DNA from: Macrostomum lignano | Taxonomy: Eukaryota | Direction of reading: 5' to 3' | Assembly: GCA_002269645.1 (NCBI GenBank) | Contig: NIVC01002209.1 | Location: 124,001 to 188,000, forward strand | Length of the DNA stretch: 64,000 bases | Shown: positions 38,188 to 51,557 of the stretch, in pieces | Layout of the letters: each line of letters begins with the position of its first letter | Numbering within the stretch: position 1 is the stretch's first letter | Notes under the pieces: generated by a model | Told to the model about the DNA's origin: nothing | Database searches by the model: none | Seen by the model: only the letters and a program-made list of their open reading frames with translations | Position numbers and translations under genes: made by a program

Positions 38188-40729
38188 TTATGTATCTTTA
38201 AAAGTAAAAATTCTACAATTAAATACAGTAATAATGTCGTACAATACCTTACTACTATACTACTACGTAAGACCTAGAATTTGCAAGCGTGAAAATATTA
38301 CCGTTTTCATTTATTTTTAAATTTTGTCTTTCGGTAATGGAATTTCAGAGAAATGTTCAGATGTCTGAACAGATAGTTCCATAAATAATTTGTTCTTTGT
38401 GATATTTTTACAGCCACGGATTAAAAGATTTTTTTACTTTTGGGATCATTATTTTGTTTCTGCATAGTTGTAAGACCTAGAAAATTATCAATCATTGAAT
38501 ATGTAAAAAATCGTATAGAAACTAAAAATATTGACCTACTTTTCGTAATTTTTCCGGAGTTAATCAAAAAAAATGATTTACAGCGAGTTTAAATTAGCCA
38601 AATTTATACTGAACTTTCTTCAGTCGGCACCCAAGTGAACCGAATGTTGTTATATTAATGGCTGATGGAGAAAAACGTTAGAAACACAACATAGTCCTGC
38701 AAACAAGTTATTGTCTTTGTTGTTGTTGCTGTGTTGACATCGTGCATGAATAGTACAGAGTACATGTTCATTAGTAAAGCATAATTTTTCAAAAATTATT
38801 ACAGTAACGCAACGTTTTTGCGTCTAAACTCGTTTAGTTCTTTAATTTGGGGTATATATATTTTATAATTGTAGCGGCATCTACATTAGATACTATCGCG
38901 ACTTTAAGAAATCCCTGCTGCAACTAACCACTAAAAGATATGCATCATGCACAGATGGATTATTCACTACACAGCATGATCTACATGTACATGTAAAAAT
39001 GGTACATTGGTCTTCTCCATGCCGGTTTTTAACCATAATTACATATACCAGTGCAACATTTACATGGTACATGCATGCACATGTACTGCATCTGATGTAC
39101 ACGTATATTGTACTACGGCTGCATGTGCATCAAATACATTTGCATGCATATATGCATTGTATCCATTATTATATAGCCATACATGTACTTTGAGTTGATG
39201 CGCACATGCTGGTTATAATGTCGACATATGGTATACATCAAATGCGCATAATTTTATGACGTAAAATTGCATGCGCATATACATTACATGCATTGTTTAT
39301 TGTAGCTATATATATTAGATGTACTTTTGCTTTGGTGTATACAGTAAGCTTATAATAGACCACAACTTCCAACTTTAAATGTACTGAATACAATATTTTC
39401 ATGAATTATTCAAGAGTATGATGGGTTTCGACCTTCGGGCTCCTTGTTATGGGAGCCTTCGGGCCTCAGGCTCAGAAATAAATCAATTAGAGACCTGGCC
39501 CCCCACTCCTGTCAGATGGTCAGCCCCATGGTAGCTTGATCGTGTGGCGAGCAGTCTAGGTCCTATAGCTAAGAGAGGGACAGCGAGAGACGAGCAGGGA
39601 GAATTTTGAAAGTAGAAATTAGCTAATCCGCAGATCAACTAACTTGCTGCCACCAGCCCGTGCGCCCTGGCTCACCACACCGGGACTCTCGAAATCGGGC
39701 TTCCGACTAGAAGGGGCTTTGCACTTACCTGCCAACTAGTGTCTTTTTGCTGTCAATCTCGAAGTCATAGCCGATGATAAGGGACACTGCTGGGACTAGA
39801 TCGCATTGGCCATGCAGGTACAGAGGGGACTTGTGCAGGGGATTCTTGCGGTGGCGAGTCTATGGGGTAGCTGCATGTACTATTACATTGCTAAATACGA
39901 AGATATGTACTTTTGGCCTTCAACGCGCCAACTAGCCTCTCATAGCGCTGATGATAGACTAACTCGAACTTCAGAGACCGCATGATTCATTTACCCGAGC
40001 CGCTTGGCTACCCTAGAGTGCACAAAGTACATCTCTGGCGCCGATTCTGCACTTCTGGCAGTTTTGCTCACTAATTTGATAGATTGGTTGACTGAGAATT
40101 GCCTTGCCATTGGTCCACTGTGACCGGCGCCTACTAGCTTAGCTACTCATCTGAGCCATCGGCGAACAAAGAAATAAAACCGATAAAAATAACTGTTAGA
40201 TTTAACCTTCTCCTTAGTTCACTTCACACTTCAGATTGAATTGGAGTCTTAGACTACTAGCAGTATTATTGAATGATTTCTGCCTCAGCAACAGCACTAC
40301 TGAACAAAATGAGCAAAAGTGTGCGCCTAATTCAGCTACTGCAACAGGGGACAGATAAGGGATCACCCAATCAAGCAAGTCCCCAGGTAGCCTCTCACCC
40401 AACCAATCAGAAACTCAACAGCCGGAGACCAGGTAATCCACAGTGACCGAATCGGCTCGATACTCTGCAGCTGTAGACTCGGGATGATGCTGTCACGATC
40501 TTCGCTGTTAGCTAGCAGGTGATGCTCTTAACTTGATGTTCGCTGCTGATGACCGGGGGACTCGTCCTTGATGATGATGGGGGAAAGTCGCAATCCGGGG
40601 ATCAAGAAACGACGGTCGTGCTCCGGGAACCAGAAGTTGCGCGCTGGGCCCGAGCCAAAGTTGAGTCCGAGCGGGCCAAAAACTCCGGTTTAAATAGCCG
40701 CCAACTGGACCGCAGTTTGTTATAATGGA

Positions 40730-40850
40730 ACACGTCGATTCTGATTGGCTGAGCCGTTTTGTTAAAATGAGCGCCGAATTTTCTGATTGGCTAAGCTTGT
40801 TGCCACCCAGAATCACGTGACCAAGAGATCCTATCAGTTCCCACAGGGTC
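40730..40850. promoter_or_regulatory. Cluster of two CCAAT boxes and an E-box
   Basis: CTGATTGGCT twice and TCACGTGA; target gene unknown. Confidence 0.25.
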
Positions 40851-41642
40851 GTAAAAAGATGACAGGTGCGGCCATAAATCACTCAAAATCGCAACAAAAT
40901 GATTTATGACTTTTCGCGTAGGATTGACAGAAATTAATGAAAAAATATACATTAGAAAGCTCTTATTAAATAGAAAGTGAGGATAATGAAGAGAAATTGC
41001 TAATCGCTAATCCCAAGGTACTTTTAGGGGTAAAACGCATAGCTGTCAAAGCTGTCACACGCTTAAGTGAACACGAACAATAGGCTCTGACCTCATAAAT
41101 CTTGATGGCCTGTCAAAATGATGAGAAAAAAGCTACCGCCCGCATCCTCTCAGACCATCTGGCGCCCGCTTCAACACTGAGTGAGGCGCAGGTGGCTGTC
41201 AGACCAACTTCGAAAGCGATGATTTATGACCCAAAAAGCTGCGCCTATGTTATTATGACTACTAGTATGACCAGACATTATATCTAGTATAGATTCTATG
41301 AAAATTCGCAGAAAAAGAATAAAAATGCCCATTGCCCACTGTTAGTAGGCAAGTAAGTTTAGAGCCCATGTGCTAGCGCGGGATTTGGGAAAAAGTGCGT
41401 CCTCATCAAGTACATGTATATCATGTATACAGCTCTGATCAGTAATTTATACATGTATAGTAGAAGGCGTTCGAGGTAAATGTATACAGTGTATTTATAT
41501 TTACATACATGTGCATGTACATGTAGATGCAAATCGCAGTTGGAGTAATGATATAATTGCTAAATAAAATTGTATGCTTATTTACCCCATATATCAACAG
41601 CCAGCCATGACCTTAAGCGTCGCTTAATTAAGGCGTCGCTTA

Positions 41643-44600
41643 AGCTACAACAACAACAACAACAACAAGGTTACGCATGCAGCCCCACATGCAAGGTCAC
41701 TGCAGTTAGAGCACGGTGCGTCAGATGGCAGTATAAAGCCGCAGAGCCTGAGAGCAGATGAAGTCCGCCCCGTTAGTAGTGTCAGGCACCCCGGCGTCAC
41801 ACAGGAGACAGTCTGCGTATCGATGAGTTTGGGCCTGACCCGTTGGAACTGGCCCTACAATTGGTAAGCAACAGAACGTCCTGAGCAAGTTGGGAGCAGT
41901 AGCCCTAAGCTTAGGGCTTAGGGCTTAAGCCCGGATCACTAACTGATGGCCCGCCTGTTAAAGTCGCCAGTTGAAGGATGATGGACGGGCCCTGCAGCTT
42001 GGCCTGACCGTACAGGGCCTCGGTCCCGACGCTCTCGTCAGCTCAAAAAGCCGCACGGAGCTGCCCTGATCAGAGTTCGCCGAGTCCAACTGCCGCTCCA
42101 GCGTAGCCGTCAGCATCCACGTCTCGGCGTTGTATATAGGACGACGGTTTCGACCACCGCCTGGCACAGCCGAGCCCTCTGGCGGTCGGGCAGCGCTTCG
42201 GACTGGAGGACGGCCCGGATCGAACGGAAGGCCGCCCAGGCAAGTTCGCCGCCGCCGGAGATGGCATCGCTGGCAACCGCTGGCATCGTGCGAGCTTGGT
42301 CGTCTGCACGTCAGGTCCGCTGTGATGTCGGTCGGCGCTCGATGCCACCTCGACCAGCCTGTCGATTTGACGCTGGGCGCCTTCAACGGACGAGGACAGG
42401 AGGGCGAGGTCGTCGGCGTAGCCAAAGAATGCTCTCAGGCGCTTTTTGCTGTGGCGGTGACCGATGCATCTGCGCAGCAGGAAGCCGTCGTCAGCCGAGG
42501 GGAGTGCGGTCCGAAGCACCCAGTCCAGCAGCAGCACGAAGAGGAACGGCGCAAGCGTGTCGCCCTGCAGAACTCCTGATGAAGTGTCGAACAGGTCAGA
42601 CCGGCCGTCCGCCGTCACCATAGCAGCTCGAGTATCGCAATACAGCGCCATGACAGCGTCGATTAGCTGCAGCGTGACCCCGTAGGCTCGAAGGACGAAG
42701 GAAGAGCGGCTCTCAACACCGAGTCAAACGCCTTTCGAAAGTCAACGAAGACAATGATCAGAGTAGACTGGCGGATGCGCGCCTCCTCGATAACTAGGCG
42801 GAGTGCAAGGATGAGGATCTGTGTCACTGTACCGCGTTGCGGCCGGAATCCGTTCTGCTCGTACCGCAGGTACGGGTCCAGCACCGACTGCAGGCAATCG
42901 AGCAGCAGCTGGTTTAAGAGCTTCACCGAGCAGGACATCAGCGAGATCCCGCGGTGGTCTTCTTTCCGCGTTGTCCCTGCCTTCTTCGAGATCGGCACGA
43001 TGTGCATGACGGTCCACTCGGTGGGCGCAGGAGTGCCGGCGAGCACGCGGTTCATGACGCATGTGACCTGGGAGGCCACACAGCGGAGCCGCAGCGCTTC
43101 GACCGGAACTTCGTCGGGGCCGAACGCCTTGCCGCCTGGTGTTTTTTGAGCGAACAGCACAACGCCCTCCGTGGTGACTGGGCTGGTGCAGAAGTCCTCC
43201 TTAGCTGGGAGCGACGTGTCCAGTGGAAGCGCAAAACTTGCGGGCAGCGGCGATGCGGGCGCGTTCACGATGCTGGCGAAGAAAGCCGCGTAATTCATTC
43301 CTGCGCTCCTCCGAGGTGTCGTCGGCCAGGTTCAGCACCACGCGCTTTTCGCGCCCCGTCAGAGTCCGGACAGCCGTCTACACTGCGCGGTTCTTCACGT
43401 CGGGGCCGTCTGCAGTGATGGACCGGACGGCGTCGTCGACAGCGGCCTACTGCCGCTCATCTGGAAGGCGCTCAAACGCATCTTCAGCGTCAGTCGTGGG
43501 CCGCGGGTTTCTGCGGAGTTGCTCGATGTTAAGCCGGGCCTGCCTGATGGTCGGGTCGCTCTGCCAGGCAGGCAGCGATTTCTGCGCTGGACGCATCAGC
43601 GGGACCGTCTGCTCCGCAGCGGCTCTAACGGAGGTGCTGATGTCGGAATATTCCGCCTCGCGCTGGTCTCCAAGCGCACCGACGAAGCCGCCCGCGAAAT
43701 GACGCTTCGCGCAGGTGTCCAACAGAGCGTGATAGTAGCGCCGTAGCCGCTTCTTTGGCGGTCGGTAGAACTGGTCGTGGAGCCGCAAGTCGCAGAGCGG
43801 GAGTTGATGGTCTTACTGGAAAGCCAGCAGAGCCATGGTATCGCAGTTGGTGACGCGTCGGCGCTCTCGAGTGCGAACCAGCGCATCATAGAATTGCGCC
43901 AGTCTCCTCGTGGCGTTCCGCCCGCTTGCGTTCCACCGCCTTCTCTTGCAGCCCGCAAAGGTGACCAGGCGGGCAGGGGGCTTGTGGAACTGGGTATTCG
44001 CGGACACCAGGTCCAGCTGGTCAAGCAGGTCGTCCAGCGCATCGGTGTTGGCATTCTCGCGTCCCGCAGCAAAGAGCGAGCGCTCGGACCTCAGAGGAAC
44101 TGCATTCAGGTCTCTGAGTTCCTCAAGGGTGTCGCGGTTTGGCACCTCTTCCAGCTTCCCTGCCAGGAAGTTGAAGAAGGCACGAGCCTCCTCGGAGTGA
44201 GCAGCAGTGGGTGCATAGGCCCAGAACAGCCGGATGCAGCGGGCACGCAGGCGCAGGTCGACCCGCATCAGTCGCAGGGACAGCGAAGCGCAGTGCACGC
44301 TCCGCCGAAGGCGCGTTCCGATTAGCACGCCGACACCGCCCTGGCCGCGTTCGTCTACAGGAGGCTTCAGCCGGCTCCGAGGTCCTCAGAGTGGAGCCCC
44401 GGCTCAGCCACGATAGAAACCTCCAGCAGCATGATGAGGTCCAGCTGTACATGCAGGTTGTGAGCCAGCTGGACGAGAATGATGCGACGCCAGGGGCCTC
44501 AAATTTCGGCAGTTCATCGTGCCGAGTCTGAGGCGGCCACCTGTTACAGCTGCGGCCAGAGGGAGATTGGCCTCGTGGTCCACCCGGCGGATCCATAGAT

Positions 44601-44800
44601 GAAATAGCAGGGACGAGGGCAACAGGCGCCTGGCCGCGCCACAGAGTTGCCCTCGCCAGTCTCGCTTGCGCGGCGGACTCTGTGTGTCCCTGCTGTGCTG
44701 AGCTTTGCTGCCGCAGCCGAGGCGCGCGGCCGTCCGAGCCAACCGAGCTCATGCGCGCGGTCCGGTGATCTGGCCGCGATGCCCAGGAGCTGTTGGCACT
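41643..44800 (-). mobile_element. RTE-clade non-LTR retrotransposon (APE endonuclease + reverse transcriptase), ~3.1 kb, frameshifted, with (TGT)n tail
   Basis: APE: LRLGTMNCR, WAYAPTA, DLNA, SANTQFHKP..LVTF. RT: IVPISKK..DHRGISL, EQNGFRPQRGT, VFVDFRKAFDSV, GVLQGDTLAPFLF, GYADDLALL. Short-repeat tail. No TSD found. Confidence 0.93.
41960..44530 (-). pseudogene. Disrupted RTE ORF (APE-RT)
   Basis: The motifs above are spread over several reading frames (ORFs 43813-44328, 43447-43788, 42663-43298, 42070-42651). Confidence 0.85.
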
Positions 44801-45063
44801 ATTTGCATAGGTGTACAAATATACAATAAAATTAACAGGTAAACTCTATGCAATTTATCTTATCAGCAGAATCACACTTTGTTATATCATAATTACGATC
44901 TAGAATTTTACATCCATATATATTGTTCTATAGTGAAGAAATTTCATGAGATTAGCATACCAGCAGAGAGCGACTCGGTACAGTGTACATGTCAAGGACG
45001 GCTTAAAGTAACTTTTATGCAATTAGTGATCAGTGAGCAACAGCTTATTAGTCACCAGAGAAG

Positions 45064-48000
45064 CTACGCCACTAGAACAGCATGCTCAATGTCATCTAGC
45101 ACCAATTGATCATTTTTATTAGCAAAAGTCTCTGCGTCAGCGGTGGTTGCTGATTGCCGCGGCTCAGGAGCGACTTTTCTTGGCCGGCCGAATTGAAACG
45201 TCATCCTCGCTCCACCGCTGGCTCCGGTCTTTGGCATGCGGAGTTTTATTGCCAAAGCCACGGCGGCCAATGTCACAATTAGGCCGATGGTTGCAGCCGA
45301 GATAACAAACGTTGATAACAGATCAAGAAACCATCTGTCACTCACGGATGGTTGAGTTGTACTTTTCCACAGTGGTGGTCTTGTAACTGTAAAGGTCTCT
45401 GCTGTTCCTGTCTCTGCCGTTGCTGTCTCTGCCGTTGCTGTCTCTGCCGTTGCTGTCTCTGCCGTTGCTGTCTCTGCTGTCGCTGTCTCTGCTGTTCCTG
45501 TCTCTGCTGTTCCTGTCCCTGTTGTTCCTGTCTCTGCTGTCGCTGTCTCTGCTGTTCCTGTCTCTGCTGTTCCTGTCCCTGTTGTTCCTGTCTCTGCTGT
45601 CGCTGTCTCTGCTGTTCCTGTCTCTGCAGTTCCTGTCTCTGCCGTTGCTGTCTCTGCTGTCGCTGTCTCTGCCGTTGCTGTCTCTGCTGTTCCTGTCCCT
45701 GTTGTTCCTGTCTCTGCTGTCGCTGTCTCTGCTGTTCCTGTCTCTGCAGTTCCTGTCTCTGCCGTTGCTGTCTCTGCTGTCGCTGTCTCTGCCGTTGCTG
45801 TCTCTGCTGTTGCTGCTTCTAGAGTTCCTGTTGTTGGTTCCATTGTGGTCGGTTCCATTGTAGTTGGTTCTATTGTAATCGGTTCCAGTGTGGTCGGTTC
45901 CATTGTGGTCGTTTCCATTGTGATCGTTTCCATTGTGGTCGGTTCCATTGTGGTCGGTTCCATTGTGGTCGGTTCCATTGTGGTCGGTTCCATTGTGGTC
46001 GGTTCCATTGTCGTTGGCTCCAGTGTGGTCGGTTCTATTGTCGTTGGTTCAAGTGTGGTCGGTTCCAGTGTGGTCAGTTCCAGTGTGGTCGGTTCCGGCG
46101 TGGTCGGTTCCATTGTGATCGGTTCCAGTGTGGTCGTTTCCTTTGTGGTCGGTTCCAGTGTGGTCGTTTCCATTGTGGTCGTTTCCTTTGTGGTCGGTTC
46201 CAGTGTGGTCGGTTCCATTGTGGTCGGTTCCAGTGTGGTCGTTTCCAGTGTGGTCGTTTCCTTTGTGGTCGGTTCCAGTGTGGTCGTTTCCTTTGTGGTC
46301 GGTTCCATTGTGGTCGGTTCCATTGTGGTCGGTTCCAGTGTGGCCGGTTCCAGTGTGGTCGGTTCCAGTGTGGTTGGTTCCAGTGTGGTCGGTTCCATTG
46401 TCGTTGGCTCCAGTGTGGTCGGTTCCATTGTCGTTTGCTCCAGTGTGGTCGGTTCCATTGTCGTTGGTTCAAGTGTGGTCGGTTCCAGTGTGGTCGGTTC
46501 CAGTGTGGTTGGTTCCAGTGTGGTCGGTTCCATTGTCGTCGGCTCCAGTGTGGTCGGTTCCATTGTCGTTGGCTCCAGTGTGGTCGGTTCCATTGTCGTT
46601 GGTTCCATTGTGGTTGGTTCCATTGTGGTTGGATCCAGTGTGGTCGGTTCCAGTGTGGTCGGTTCCAGTGTGGTCGGTTCCAGTGTGGTCGGTTCCAGTG
46701 TGGTCGGGTCCGATGTCGCCTCTTCCGTAGTGGTTATCGGATCGCTCAGCTTGCAAATGAACCAAATAGTTTCATTTCCGCCGTTGTTTCTATACCGGAA
46801 GCGTTGATTTTCCAGTTCGGTTATTGCCGATTGGAAGGATCTTGCATCTGGTGGCTTTGGATGCCCCACGTACCAGTCAGATGCTGTCCTACAGTGTGCA
46901 AGAAAGAAAAGCGCCAATAGTTAGATGGATATATTGTAACTTTTACAGGTACAGGTAACTTATAAGAGCCATTAACAACTGAAGCAATGTACATGTACGG
47001 TAGAAGAACGCTGCGGTATCAATTTCATTTTTTCTTTAAGGTATATTTGAATAACATTAGAATCTGAAATCGACAGCCTCTCACCTTGATCTAGTTAAAT
47101 TTATTTCAATTTAGGCTAGTACAAGTAATAAGATTTGTGTTGTGCTATATAAAAAATGTTATTTAACATAGTTGCAATATATGTCCATCATAAGTACCGT
47201 CTCAAGTGAAGGTGCATTATATTTTTATATTACGCAATATTTTGCTTCTTCTGCCGTAAGTAACGTGTAATGAAAATCATAGGTATAAGTATTGTTTTGA
47301 CATCATCAATCGTACATTTTTTTCATAATTGCTCTATTTTCAATACAGAAATTTCGAAACATGCTTGTAGCGTCATTTGTTAACTCATAATTAATTTTGA
47401 AGCGAAAAACCTCGCGTGTAAAAACCACACCAGAGTTAAGTGCAGCATTCTTCTACGTACAAAGTACAGACAGCTACTTTTGTTATTAAAAACCATAAAA
47501 AGTTACAAAAACGATTCATATTGCCTCACAGAATGTCATCTTTTACTGGCGGGCCATTGCCTCTCCGCCAGTAGAAGTCGTATGGCGCCTGTTGCTCCCT
47601 GTAAAGGGCCACCCAGGCTGCATCCATCAGTCCGCAGTTTTTGCAACTGCCCCGTTGAGCTCTCAGATCCCAGGATTGACTGCCGACCCAGGCCTAAATT
47701 GGAGCGTACAGGTATAACAATTAGTTTCACAATCCAAAAGAAATATTCACAAGCCCGAAAATTTGCACAAACACCTAAAAACATCTTACCAAGTTTGGAA
47801 ACTCCGTCAGTAGCTAATCATTGGAAACTCCCTGACAGTTCAGTAGCTAATCATTGGAAACTCCCTGACATTTCAGTAGCTAATCATTGGAAACTCCCTG
47901 ACATTTCAGTAGCTAATCATTGGAAACTCCCTGATATTTCAGTAGCTAATCATTGAAAACTCCCTGAGATTTCAGTAGCTAATCTTTGGAAACTCCCTGA

Positions 48001-48479
48001 CATTTCAGTAGCTAATCATTGGAAACTCCCTGAGATTTCAGTAGCTAATCATTGGAAACTCCCTGACATTTCAGTAGCTAATCATTGGAAACTCCCTGAC
48101 ATTTCAGTAGCTAATCATTGTAAAATCTCTGATGTTTCAGTATTTTGTTAATGTAAACTCCAGAATATTTCCGTAGCGTTTTTGAACACTGAAAAAGTCT
48201 AACAGTTTCCTTTCTAACAGATGGCTGAAACATAAATAATCTCACCTTTTCATCCAGCGAGTCCAACCACAGCAATCCGCAATTGTCTTCCAGTTCCTGA
48301 CAGAAAGTCGTGGCAGCTGAGTGGGACTGACCAAACTCGCCATTAACCAGCAGGTAACAGTTCTGATTGTAGCTTAGCCAGTTGGTATCGGGACAACTGA
48401 CAGATTCCACGCAATTTGGAGAGCTGCTCAAAGTCTGTAGGATTAATAAAATTAAAACTGTTCTCTTTGAATTTTTCAT
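45064..48479 (-). CDS. Type-I membrane C-type lectin-domain mucin-like protein, 3 exons: 48479-48246, 47693-47530, 46888-45064; 740 aa
   Basis: Signal peptide (MKNSKRTVLILLILQTLSS). CTLD features CPDTNWLSYNQNCY, AATTFCQ, AWVALY..FYWRRG, WYVGHP, WFICK. Thr-rich stalk, TM segment FVISAATIGLIVTLAAVALAI, short tail. Junctions are phase-consistent (0,2); 2223 nt. Confidence 0.85.
45400..46715 (-). repeat. Two coding 15-nt VNTRs: (EPTT[L/M])~58 then (TAET[A/G])~27
   Basis: Read directly; identical 60-nt and 120-nt blocks (45481/45541; 45601/45721). Confidence 0.95.
47795..48125. repeat. 33-bp minisatellite (TTGGAAACTCCCTGACATTTCAGTAGCTAATCA), ~10 copies, lectin intron 1
   Basis: Read directly. 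Confidence 0.95.
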
Positions 48480-48894
48480 ATTCACTGACGAGTTCTAACT
48501 CGGAGGCTAACGGGTTTTATCGCTTTCTCACCTCTCTCTGTACGTAGCCATGCAGCACTAAACGCCAGTAATTAAATGCAGCAGAGTTTTGCTTTTCTCC
48601 GTTGATTAGATAACAAAAATTATTTTAGTGCATTTGAGCCACAGAAGAATAACTGCATTTCACTTTTTTATCACCTGAACTTTATTCGTTGGCTTCTGTT
48701 GAAATAAGCCTAGCAGATTTGGTAACCAAACGAGACATGTTTGTTTGCTTACAGAACACTCTGAACAATCTTGTGACAGCTATAAATAATACAGATTTGT
48801 TAAAATGGCGAACCGACCGAGGGACAGGGGGACATGTCCCACCCAGTAAAAGCTATGGAAATCAATATTTTTTGTTCAGGACGCCAAAATATTG

Positions 48895-49195
48895 CGCTTT
48901 CGGCGCTAAAATGAGTGTCTGTCTGCGGCGCCAAAATGAGTGCCTGTTGCGCTAAAATGAGTGCCCGCGGCGCTAAAATGAGTGCCTGCGGCGCCAAAAT
49001 GAGTGCCTGCGGCGCTAAAATGAGTGCCTGCGGCGCTAAAATGAGTGCCCGCGGCGCTAAAATGAGGGTCTGTGGCGCCAAAATGAGTGTCTGCGGCGCC
49101 AAAATGAGTGTCTAAGGCGCCAAAATGAGTGCCTGCGGCGCCAAAATGAGTGTCTGCGGCGCCAAAATGAGTGTCTGAGGCGCTAAAATGAGTAC
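48895..49195. repeat. 21-bp minisatellite (GCGGCGCTAAAATGAGTGCCT), ~14 copies
   Basis: Read directly. Confidence 0.95.
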
Positions 49196-51125
49196 TGACA
49201 ACACTGATTCCTAAAATAATGTAGGATGTTAATTTAGTCATGTAGAATTCTTGGCTTAGACAGAAAAGGCATGTTTATATCAGACCTTTAGCGCTTAGCT
49301 GACACGTAATGTCATTTTGAATTGCTAAATATAGTCAATATCAAATAACAAAGCTAAGCTACCTATTTATCATTGTAATCCTTGGCTTAGGAAACATAGT
49401 AACGCAATAGTATAGCCTTTCATTTTCGTGATAGCCACTGAAAAAAGTCAGCAACATTCCCCAAAGCCTCTATATATGAGCTATATTCAATTTAGATGTG
49501 AGCGCCCTCTTAGCGGCAGATGAATGGGTGCGTACTCGTAAATGAGACATGAAAGTGACTGCATGCGGTCTTCAACGGCCGTTTTCAGTTTTCATAATCC
49601 TTTTTGAAGAGGCCAACAATGGGACCAAACAGCTGACCTTTAACCTACTCTCTGACCTTTCCAATGGATTAAACAGCGGTATTCAGATAGTAAAGATAGT
49701 GGTAATCCAATCAAAGCTAATAACAAACACTTGAAGTTTCTACTAACTATACTTTCTGTGCTTATACATGACAATCCTGCTGTGCAATTCCAATGCAAGT
49801 AGTTTACACCGTGATCACAGTTTCAAGTCACATGACTTCCAGTAGCAAATTCGTTATAGAATGATAGCTTTTTATGAGATTGTTTGCCACACTGAGGGAT
49901 AAAGCACGCAACTACTTTGATTTAAGCGACGCTAACCTTTGACGGGGAGGACATCTTCGCGGCCGCCTGTCTCCAAAGGCAAAGAACAGAAAAGTCGCAA
50001 GACCTGTGAAACAAAAAAAGTGAAAAAAAGCAGGCTGTACAAAGAGATCAAGCGAATGCTTGGAAGAAGCCCCGGCTCTTTTGTCTAATTTCATTTGGTT
50101 CCACGTATAAAGAGGCGCAAAATCGGCTGTGAGCAAAGTTCTCACTGCAGTTAGCTGATGTGCATGAAAGTATGCAAAAACGCACAGTTGCATACATTGT
50201 ATGCACTAAAGCACTGAGTACGCTTTGTGTAAAACTATAGGCTGTCGAAAGTATTAAGCCAATAAGTACTTTGGTATAAAGGTTTCTTTCTTTGGGAAAA
50301 ACTTCGTGACAGCAGTTTTGCTTTTAACCTACTATTAGTAGCTATAGCCTGGGGAAATGTTAGAGTTAGGTTAGGTAGAAGATTATGGAGGTAGTCATAT
50401 TGGGTGGTCAGTTTGGATATTTCACTACTGGTGAAAGTCTTTCATGACTGTTGTTACTGTATGACAATATGACAGACAGTGAATCATGCTGTTTATGACT
50501 AAACTATGACAATATGACAGACAGTGAATCATACTGTTTGTGACTGATATACTGATATACTGTTTATGACGTTTTATGACTGATGATATGGTCATATGAC
50601 AATGCTATTATCATAAGTCTACCTGAGCAAGAGCGGATTTTTGCTAATCAAGCTTAAGGTGTGAAGATGAGCACGGGAACTCATGCAGTGCTTTCAGTCG
50701 CCCGAAATGCTACCCCCCCCCCCAGGTTACCTTCTGCTCCGCTGGTCAATCGCGCGGCCAGGGGGAGCCAGACAGAATTCGAATCCCATTCTCAAACGCT
50801 CGGGCATCGGTATGAATGCGAACTGCACGAGTGAGGAAGAAAATAGACTGCAATATCTAGGGCTGCCCATATCTCCTTGTGCATCACGAGTAACTGCGCC
50901 ATATACAGCACGTAGTGGGACTAAACTGCTAATCCTCTACGAACTAGCAAGCGAAGGGTTTTACGATGTGGGATTACTGGGATAATCGGCTTAGGCCGCA
51001 ATGAACGAGCCATTGAAAGGCGGCGCGGTTAGGAGAGATGCCTGAGTGACTGGGGATAGGACTTCACTTATGTCTGTGCCAGGGAGAGGACTAACTTGCT
51101 CAAGCATTGATCATGCAATTATACT

Positions 51126-51557
<432 letters not shown>

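Noticed and set aside
38893-39102. GIY-YIG-like VYVIMVKN fragment
   Set aside because: No YIG/YVG motif or downstream conserved Arg/Glu; lies in low-complexity sequence.
42130-44531. Many plus-strand ORFs over the RTE
   Set aside because: GC-rich antisense shadows of the retrotransposon ORF.
45352-45822. Cys-rich ORF resembling metallothionein or keratin-associated protein
   Set aside because: It is the antisense reading of the TAET(A/G) mucin repeat.
45845-46920. Long plus-strand VVGSI / WSVPL / CGRFQ ORFs
   Set aside because: Antisense or alternative frames of the EPTTL coding VNTR.
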